Shown here one piece after another: positions 9,913-17,869 of a stretch of 64,000 nt of DNA. The stretch is taken from the NCBI GenBank assembly GCA_963719515.1, contig CAVRCJ010000003.1, positions 448,001-512,000 of the forward strand, read 5' to 3'. A program made the translations under genes and the position numbers. The DNA is from an uncultured cyanobacterium (lineage in GTDB: Bacteria > Cyanobacteriota > Cyanobacteriia > CAKZMO01). Position 1 is the first letter of the stretch. Every line of letters begins with the position of its first letter. The notes under the pieces were generated by a model. That model ran no database searches and was not told the origin of the DNA. It was given only the letters and a program-made list of their open reading frames with translations.

Positions 9913-11661
9913 CTAGAGGAACAGCCAGCCGATGATGAGCACGGCGACTAGTAGCCCGACTAAACCCAGGCAATTAGCGGTATCCCGTCGCCGCTTCCGC
10001 GCTACGGGCGTATCATCGCCGATGGCGGGGGCTGAGCGGCGGATTTCTAGGTGACTCTACCTAGATCTTGAATTGCTGTCTTGCATTTCTCTACTTCCTT
10101 TGGCAGCCCTAGCTCCTGAAATAGAGCCTGTGCCGCCTCGTAGCAGGATTGGGCTTCTAATTGCCGATCTACTTTAGTAAGGGTGAGGGCTTTGTTGAAT
10201 AGAGAATTAGCTTCCCCTTGGCGATCGCCAATCTCCCGCGCGATTTCGAGGGATTGCTGATAGAAGTCTATGGCCTGCTGATACTGCCCCAGGGAATGGT
10301 AGGCATTCCCTAGATTGCCGAGTGAGGTTGCCTTCCCCTTGGCGATCGCCAATCTCCCACGCGATTTCGAGGGATTGCTGATGGAAGTCGATGGCCTGCT
10401 GATACTGCCCCAGTGAATTGTAGGCATTCCCCAGATTGCCGAGTGAGGTGGCTTCCCCTTGGCGATCGCCAATCTCCCGTGATTTCGAGGGATTGCTGAT
10501 GGAAATCGATGGCCTGCTGATACTGCCCAGGAATGTAGGCACCCCAGATTGCTTGCCTCCCCACAATCGCCAATCTCTCGTGATTTCGAGGGATTGCTGA
10601 TGGAAGTCGATGGCCTGCCGATACTGCCCCAGTGAATAGTAGACATTCCCCAGATTGTTGAGAGAGTTTGCTTTCCCTTTGGACTCACCAATCTCTCTCG
10701 CGATTTCGAGGGATTGCTGATGGAAGTCGATGGCTTGCTGATACTGCCCCAGAGACTGGTAGGCATTCCCCAGATTGTCAAGTGAGTTTGCTTCCCCTTG
10801 GGGATCGCCCAGCTCACGATACAGCACCAGCGCTTGTTGATAATAGTCAAGACTTTGAAACGGACGCCCGCAATGCCGCAGCGAATCTCCCAAATTGCGC
10901 AGCGATCGCGCCTGCCCAGATACGTCCTTTTTGCGTTTTGCCAGCCCCAGCGCCTTCTCATACTGCTCCAGGGCCATAGAGTAGTCATACTCACTCTCCC
11001 AAGCCTTCCCCAAGTCGTTGTAAAGCGTAATCAAAAGTGGCGAATCTGACTCTATATCCGCAATTTGCTGCTGCAGTTCCTCAATAGAGAGCTGCCCTTT
11101 CCGGTCCGCCCGGTCTGTCTCCTGCATCTGCGGCAACTGCCCCTCTTGCCCCGCAGCCACCACCGACTCCGCCACAAACTCAAACACCCCGCTGCGCCAG
11201 CTCCAAAAGTCCGGTGCCGCCCGCGAAAGCCGCGTCGCAATCGAATCCGCCAGCCACAGCACAATAGGGAACTCAAACTGCCGCAGCGCCTCCCGCGTCC
11301 ACTGCAGCGAAAAGAAAAACCGCTCCTGCTCTGACTGCTCTTGGTTTAGCCGCACCCCCAGCAGCTCGCTAGCATTCACTATTGTCACCATCGCCGTCCC
11401 GTCCCGCAGGGCAGGCTCGCGGGCTACCATCGCCTCCAGCGTTGCCCGCAGACTGGGCTGCTTAGGGTCGAGTCGTGCCCGCAGTGGGGTGATGCCTGCC
11501 TGATTTAGCTCCGCCTCGTAGTTCTCAATCAGCTGGGCCTGCAGGTTGCGATCGTCGCATATGGCTAGCAGAAGGTCGAGCTGCTGGGCGCTGGCCTTGA
11601 TGGATACTAGTAGCTTGCGGTATTCGCGCTGGTTGAGGCGATCGAGGTCGGGGGGCGTCAT
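9913..11661 (-). CDS. TPR repeat protein with conserved N-terminal domain and C-terminal TM anchor; several frameshifts
   Basis: N-terminal LQWTREAL..FEFPIVLWL...APDFWSWRSGVFEF; 40-aa (120-bp) repeats EANSLxNLGNAYxSLGQYQQAIDFHQQSLEIAREIGDRQG; shifted tail ...RKRRRDTANCLGLVGLLVAVLIIGWLFL* ending at 9913. Confidence 0.75.
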
Positions 11662-11736
11662 AGAGGTTGCTTTCAAGGGACGCCGATCTAGAAGCAGAGC
11701 TCAATGTGACAAAGAGCTTTTGCTTGTGCATCCTGA

Positions 11737-11990
11737 GATCCCCCCGCCTCCGGCACCCCCCTTGTTAAGGGGATGTTTGAAAAGTATCGGCTGGAGGGTT
11801 ACCTCTTGCCTCACCCCCCTCAATCCCCCTACGCCCTTTGGGCACGCTGCGCGAATGGCAAGGGGGGAAGTTGGAGTTCTCCCCCTTGAGCTTTGGCGTT
11901 AGCTTGCCCGCAGGGCGTAGGGGAGTTAGAGGGGGTAATGCAGCACTTTTGTGGCTTTTCAAACGCCCTCTAGGGGGGGCGGGGGGGATC
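11737..11990. repeat. Cyanobacterial C/G-rich palindromic repeat interrupted by a MITE
   Basis: GATCCCCCCGCC...CCCCCCTTGTTAA | insert | GGGGGGCGGGGGGGATC. Confidence 0.65.
11769..11970. mobile_element. ~200-bp MITE with 16-bp imperfect TIRs, carrying inner short dispersed repeats
   Basis: Left GGGGATGTTTGAAAAG and right CTTTTCAAACGCCCTC (13/16 match), flanked by TAA/TAG. Confidence 0.65.
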
Positions 11991-11994
11991 GCCT

Positions 11995-13307
11995 TCAAAT
12001 CAACTTTTTCCGCTTCAGCAAATCCACCACAATTGGGTGCAGGTCATACCACAGATCATCATTCACATATTCCAGCACATACAGCCCGTGCAGCAGATTC
12101 CAGAAAAGTCAATCGCTCTTAATATCCGCTGGCGTAAAATCCCGGTACGTCTCCACCAGCAAATCATATAGATTACTGCCCAGCGTCCGGGCGAACTGAT
12201 TCCGCAGCGATCTCACCGACACTTCAAGACATACTGGCATCGATTTTAACGTCAGGCGTCTCCTCCGTTTCCAGCTCTATCATGCATTCCCGAATGCACT
12301 CCTGGGCCAGCCGCACCAGCTCCCGCAGCACCCCGCCGCTCAGCAGCACAATTTGCCGCTTCATCTCCGGCTCAATTAGCTTATCTGGAACGCGCTTCTC
12401 CAGCAGCGCGACCAGCCGCTGCACATTTTTTTCAAGGGGCGCGGCCCCTTCTTGATGTGCCACTGCCTGCGGAAAAAACTTAGTCACCGGCAGCATCACG
12501 ATGCGACTATCAGACTCCAGGGTTGTAATCAGCCGAGGCTCTCGAATCACGGCGATGGGGATGGTGAACACCACGCGGATATTGGGAGAGAACAGCGCCT
12601 TGATATTGTCCTGAAAGATGGTTCTGACCACCGCTAGGTCGAGCTTGTCTAGGTCATCAATAATCACCAGCACGGGCTTTTTGAGTTGCGGCCTGAATCG
12701 CCGCCGCAATTAGGTCAATCTGCCGCGACAGATCCGATACTCGGCGCTCATAGGTCTGCTTAATTTCCTCTCGAAATGCCTCTTCCTTCTGCAGCTTTGC
12801 CGTAAATAGCTCAAAGAACTTCCCCCCCAGCCCCATTTCCTGCTTGAGCTGGTCGCTGTAGGTGCGGGATTTGGTTTCGGTAAACCAGGTCATCAGCGTC
12901 GTCTTGAGTGCGACTCTGGAATTGGCACCTGTAGCTTGGTGGCCTGACTAAGCAGCTTCAGGGCGATCGCATAGAGAATGTTGATGTGGTTTACGTCCGA
13001 CATCTCCACCATGTCGGCAATGGAGAATAGGGCCACAAAGTGTCCGTCCTCGCGCAGCCGCCGCACGAGCTGGGCCAGCAGCGTAGATTTGCCGCAGCCC
13101 CGATGCCCCGTAAAAATTAGCTTACCTGCCTTATCCGAGGCCAAGATGTCGCTGCGCAGCTTGGCCAAGGCCCGCTGACCGTAGGGCACGCGAAACTTTT
13201 CGATGTCCTCCGCCGATAGCAGCGGAAACAGCCTTCAGATTGCGGTACGTCTCAGTCAGTTTCTCGGAGCGCTGACGAAATTGCGCAGTGCGCTCGTCAT
13301 GGTCCAT
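11995..13307 (-). CDS. P-loop ATPase (KAP/STAND-like), split by at least 5 frameshifts
   Basis: Walker A GHRGCGKST, Walker B LVIIDDLDK, SGGVLRELVRL, C-terminal LHGLYVLEYVNDDLWYDLHPIVVDLL; pieces are contiguous across ORFs 13131..13331, 12893..13189, 12657..12893, 12224..12709 and the tail. Confidence 0.75.
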
Positions 13308-13386
13308 CGGCGAGGGTCCAAGACCAGCCATAGGCTAACGCCTCCAAAAATCTGCACTCATCATACCGGAGTTAGAAAACGAAGGC

Positions 13387-13855
13387 TTAAACAACCCACA
13401 AATACACCGTCGATTCCTCCTCAGACTCCGGCAGCTTCACCACGCGCTGCGGCTCCCAATCCCCCATATCAAACTGGTGCGACACCACACGACTCCCAGC
13501 CCGGAGCTGGCGTAGCTTAGGCCGCAGCCGCACATTTAGGTGGGGCAGCAGATAGACAAACACCACAGTCGCCTCATCAAAAGACTCCTCATACAAATTG
13601 CCCACCCGAAACGAAACGCGATCGCCCACCCCGGCCCGCTCCGCCAGCGATCGCCCCTCTTCCACCCGAACCGGGTCAATATCGATGCCCACCCCCCGAG
13701 CCCCGTAGCGCTGCGCCGCCTGGATCTAAAATCCGCCCGTCGCCGCTGCCCAGGTCATACACCACGTCCTCTGGGGTCAAGGCCGCTAGCTCTAGCATCA
13801 CCTCTAGCGCATCCTGCGGCGTGGGGATGAAGCCGATGTCGGGGGAAACCCGCTG
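13387..13855 (-). CDS. Class I SAM-dependent methyltransferase; lacks its own start, +1 frameshift near 13725
   Basis: FIPTPQDAL..ML.LA.L...DVVYDLGSGDGRI, then GIDIDP...ATVVFVYLLP..N..LRPKL...G.RVVSHQFDMGDWEP. Confidence 0.8.
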
Positions 13856-15019
13856 GGTAGAGGTGCGGTCGCTGAACAGGGCAAGCTGGTGTTCCTTGAT
13901 GCGATTCTCCATATCGCCCCTGGGGCAATAGAGGTCTTGGTGAAGCGCTGAAGGAAGCATCTGGCTCGCGGGAATCGAGGTGACGACATAGTGACGCTTG
14001 GGGCCAGCCTCTGAGTAGGTGATTTTGCTCACCACGCGCCGCCGCCTTGTCCAAGACGATTGGGTGCGGTAGTAGACGGTACGATACCAAGCGGTGGTGG
14101 GCAAGGGAGGCTCGACGCTACCGCAGCGCTCGAACTCAGCTTTAGCCTTGGCTTCAAGCGGTTGGCTCATGCGCTCCAAAACCCCATTGCCCGCTAGCCC
14201 CAGCACATAGTCCACACTTGGCTGCGCCTCGCACCAGCTCATGATGTCCTCTCGGCCATAGGCGCTGTCGCCCCGCACGATGATTCTCACCTCAGGCCAG
14301 CGCAGACGCAGCTTGGGAATGATGCGCTGCAGCTGCTCCAAAGCGCCTTGAGCTGGGTCCACGTTCGAAGGGCGCAGTTGCGCCGCCAGCAGGTGATGTC
14401 CGCAGAAAATCAACAGCGGCGCGTAGCACTCATGCTGGTAGTAGCCATTGAAGAAGCTATCAATCTGGTTGCCATGGGTAGCATCATCGGTTACGTCCAA
14501 GTCCAATATCAGCTCCTTTGGAGTGGGCTCTGATAGCTGAAAAAATAGGTCAAGAAACGTTTGCTCTATCGCCTCCCGGTCCATGCTGATGCGCACGTAG
14601 CGCCCTGGCTTTTCGCTGTCGTAGTGCGGCGAGCCCTCGAAGCGATTCAGCGTACTCTTGCCTGACAACGGCGCGCAGCGGGCGTGATTGCTCTCAAGCT
14701 TCCCAACCGCCGCGCAGAAGCTCAGGTCGTGGCGCAACTGCTCATGGTCATTGAGATCCTCATATCCCTGCACCAATCCATACAGCCGCTGGCTCAACAG
14801 ATGCTCTACGCTATGCTGCACCCGTGATGGGTCTCGGTGGTCCGTGAAGCACTCCGCAAACTTACCGCTGATGCCAAAGTGGCGATCTACTGCTGCCACT
14901 AGCGCTAGCCCACCGTCGTGGCTCAGGTGCCCACCATCAAAATCCACGACAACCTTGCGCTTGTCGATGCGATCTACAACGATGGGTTTTCCGCTACACT
15001 CTGTAATTGTTGGGGTCAT
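13856..15019 (-). CDS. tnp: IS1380-family DDE transposase, C-terminally truncated and fused in frame to the methyltransferase
   Basis: FDGG.LS.DGGL, GYEDLNDH..LR.D, LDLDVTDD..HG.Q, VRGDS, YCPRGDMENRIKE.QL.LFSDRTST. Confidence 0.85.
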
Positions 15020-15104
15020 AGGTTAAAGCTGCCAGAAGCTTTGTGGTATCTGCATTCTCGCAGTTCTTTGACCCCAACTTCTACCTCTTGGTGAGATATC
15101 CGGG
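13856..15104 (-). mobile_element. IS1380-family insertion sequence, 3'-truncated
   Basis: Putative left end CCCGGATATCTCACC begins directly after the aac(3) stop codon; carries the transposase ORF; no right IR found and no HIP1 site seen inside. Confidence 0.8.
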
Positions 15105-15741
15105 TTATGACCCATAGTCGCGCTCCATCTTCTCTAGTTTCTGGCATTGCTGACACCACGGGCTCGCTGGTATCGAATTCCTCCACCTCGACCGCAGCTA
15201 CCCCATTAACAGAGCGCACCTTGTAAACCCGTCGGATAATCCGCTTGGGCGGCAGTTTAGCACAATGCTCGGCGTAGTGAAGCAGGGTGACGTTGTTGTG
15301 GTCTGAACCTAGCGGCAGGACTTTGCCGCCGCAGTCAATGAGCTTACCGAACGGTGAACGGGGGCCGTAGCCGTAGGATAGGGGGTGGTCGGCGCAGAGC
15401 CACTCCGCCTTAGCGCCGACGGCTACGATAGATGCACCAGGATTAAGCGAGCGCACGGCACCGGGCCACTGCCGGATGATTTCGGGCAGGACGCCGTATT
15501 CTGACCGCGCGGGCGATCGCTGGGCATCGAAGTTGGGGACCGATTCTGTAGGCTCGAAGTCGACGTAGGCCATCAAGGTACCCCTGCTGCCAAGGACGGA
15601 TAGGAGCCCTGAAATTAGCCCTGCTGCTCTATTTTCGACAGGGCCGATGGCTCGCATAGAGGCGTGCACCATAAGAGTGTCGCCGGTCGTGATGCCAAGG
15701 TTCTTAATCTGAAGCGCTAGCGTGGTGAGGAGTGTGGCCAT
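15105..15741 (-). pseudogene. AAC(3)/YokD family (Antibiotic_NAT) N-acetyltransferase with internal deletion near the 3' end
   Basis: LGI..GD.LMVHASMRAIG, RS..P..S..A.G..A..L..DHPL.YGYG..SPF.KL, TLLHYAEH. After MPE the terminal LEKMERDYGS* lies in another frame. Confidence 0.7.
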
Positions 15742-16077
15742 ACTGTGAGGCTATTGAGACCTAGGCGCTCTAGGCCCCGAACTTGACATCATATAGCTAA
15801 GCAATTAAACCGGTGAAGGGTAATGCTCTCTAGGGCGATCGCCTCGCCTTTGCCATCAGGCTGATACAGCCAAAAGCACTCCCCATTCACCTTCTCACCG
15901 CTAATTATTCAGGACTGCTATAGGTGAGAATTAACTGCAACATCTTGACTGACGACGAGATACCGAAACCGTAGAGTGGGTATATCGCCATAACTTACCT
16001 TGAGTTAAGGCTATAGGCAAAAAATAATAGATCAACAGCGCGCTAACGCTATTGCTCAAGGCAGAAGGTGAACACCA

Positions 16078-16926
16078 ATGAGCCAGTCTAGATTGTTTTT
16101 GTCGAGATTTTTGCTGTGCGTTTGGGCTGTTCTGTTTGCGGCATTTCTCTCTCTAGTTCTATTTGAAGCGCGGGGCGGCGGCGTGGAGTCGCCGATGGCG
16201 GGGGTGTATCTCAACGCTGAGCCCACGGCTATCCACCTGCCAAACCGCATCTTTACCTGCACCGAGCTAGAGCAGGGCACCCAGTGCCAAGCAGAGGTCC
16301 AGGGTCACCCGCTGGTTCTAGATTTAGTCTCCAACAGAGACTCCAGCATCGCGCTGCGGGACTGCCAGGCCCAGTATGACGGGCAGCCAGTGGCCTGCAC
16401 CAGCGTAACGCTGGACTACGCGCCAGCCCTTTCAGAATCGGTTGAGCTTGGCCCTTTGGGGCTGACGCCCCAGCAGCTCCAGGCGGTCCGGCAGCAGTAC
16501 TGGGGCGTTAACGCGCTGCTGTGGGTAGGGGAGAGAAAGCTGCTGAGGATTACGCTGGGGCTGTCGATGGCGGCGGGGGCGATCGCGGCGGTTTGGGCCT
16601 GGTGCTATCCGAGCTGGCTGAGCAAGGGCTGGACCGGCGTGACCTGGGGGTTTGCGGCCTATAGGCTGACGTGGATGCGGCTAGCTAGCGTACAGTACGA
16701 TGCGGTGACGCCTTACGGGTTTACGGCGAGCAGCTGGGACCAGGTGGTCACCGGCGGCGCGATCGCGGCGGGTGCTGTGGCGCTGCTGGCGGTGATTTGG
16801 TTCCTGCGCGGGTGGGAGCACCGCGCTGCAAGGGCTGTGGTGACGTTGAGCAGTGGGTTTGGCGCGATGGCGATCGCGGGCTATACCTTGATGCTGATTC
16901 TTTTGGGGGCGGGGTTTGTGGACTAG
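16078..16926 (+). CDS. Hypothetical membrane protein
   Basis: 282-aa ORF with an N-terminal TM helix, a Cys-containing soluble domain and four C-terminal TM helices. Confidence 0.7.
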   Translation: MSQSRLFLSRFLLCVWAVLFAAFLSLVLFEARGGGVESPMAGVYLNAEPTAIHLPNRIFTCTELEQGTQCQAEVQGHPLVLDLVSNRDSSIALRDCQAQYDGQPVACTSVTLDYAPALSESVELGPLGLTPQQLQAVRQQYWGVNALLWVGERKLLRITLGLSMAAGAIAAVWAWCYPSWLSKGWTGVTWGFAAYRLTWMRLASVQYDAVTPYGFTASSWDQVVTGGAIAAGAVALLAVIWFLRGWEHRAARAVVTLSSGFGAMAIAGYTLMLILLGAGFVD

Positions 16927-16955
16927 ATTTAACGAGACCTATGTATTAGCTATTT

Positions 16956-17171
16956 TTACTGAGGACCTTTTTGCTCAAAGGCTCGAATTTTTTGGGCAAG
17001 GCTTTCTACCGTCTCGTTGACGAACAGTCCCTCTCGATATTTGAGCGTATCGCCACCATCACGCCACCAGTGGCTGATCAAGATGACCATTTGAGAAGGC
17101 GTCATGGTTCGGCTAAGAATTTGCATTGCTTCTAGCATGACGACCTGCTCATCGGGAAGGGAGATGTTCAT
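16956..17171 (-). CDS. Small hypothetical protein, probable antitoxin partner of the PIN gene
   Basis: 71 aa, ATGA overlap with the PIN fragment; W..GGD..K.RE.LF..ETVESL...I pattern. Confidence 0.55.
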   Translation of the reverse strand: MNISLPDEQVVMLEAMQILSRTMTPSQMVILISHWWRDGGDTLKYREGLFVNETVESLAQKIRAFEQKGPQ

Positions 17172-17365
17172 TCAGTGACCTCTGTAAGTTCTAGAACGAA
17201 GCTGACGGGATTTACCGCTTTAAGTAAACCTCTGTAGCGACGGAGTAGCCGATCGTCGCAAGCGAGAAATGCGTAACATTGGGCTTCTTCAGCAGAAGTA
17301 ATATGAAGAGCATCAAGGGGCTTTATCGCCCTGCGGCTCAAAGGCATGCTTTGCCCGGCGCTCAT
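17168..17365 (-). pseudogene. PIN-domain (VapC-like) toxin, N-terminally truncated
   Basis: IKPLDALHITSAE....AFLACDDRLLRR...NPV matches the C-terminal half of a PIN domain; the N-terminal xLDT motif is absent. Confidence 0.65.
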
Positions 17366-17797
17366 CTACTCAGGTAACCAATCTTCCGCTAGAATCTGCG
17401 TCAGGGAGTAGGGACAAGCTTCTGGGAAAGTCGAGATGTCCAGACTGGTTTGCTTTGCCGCCTGCCGCCGCGATCTTTGGTAGCTCTTGTCTAACGCTTC
17501 AGCTAGGTAGCCAGTAAAGCTGGGGCTGTCTTCAATAGCTAGCTCAATTTGGGTACGGGCGTCGGTGATTGAATCTAGCCAGCTATCGGAGCGCCGCTGG
17601 GGTTGATAGTGCCATTTGAGCAGGTGGAGCAACAGCCGAGTGAGTTGGCTAGCGATCGCTCGTCGTTCGCGCTTGCCCAAGTCTTCAACCTCATCGATTA
17701 GGCTAGGCAGATCAATGTCTTGCCAACGGCGCTCCCGCAGCAGTTGGGCAGTCTCACTAATCCACTGGTTGAAGTCTGTTGCATACGGTTTGCTCAT
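17366..17797 (-). CDS. DUF29 family protein
   Basis: Y..DF..W......LL......D...LI.E.EDLG.RE......L..LL.HLLKW.YQP.RRS.SW..SI...R; ends FPEACPYSL.QIL...WLP. Confidence 0.9.
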   Translation of the reverse strand: MSKPYATDFNQWISETAQLLRERRWQDIDLPSLIDEVEDLGKRERRAIASQLTRLLLHLLKWHYQPQRRSDSWLDSITDARTQIELAIEDSPSFTGYLAEALDKSYQRSRRQAAKQTSLDISTFPEACPYSLTQILAEDWLPE

Positions 17798-17818
17798 ATA
17801 GAAATCCTACGTGATTTA

Positions 17819-17855
17819 TGAGAGGGGGGGCAGGCTGAGCCCGCCCCCCCTCTCA
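17819..17855 (-). terminator. Strong hairpin downstream of metH
   Basis: TGAGAGGGGGGGC...GCCCCCCCTCTCA 13-bp stem, 15 nt after the metH stop. Confidence 0.55.
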
Positions 17856-17869
17856 CTTCACATGCTAGA

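Noticed and set aside
13340..13390. Right inverted repeat of IS1380 beyond the methyltransferase (gene capture)
   Set aside because: Only CCGGA matches the left end, which is too weak.
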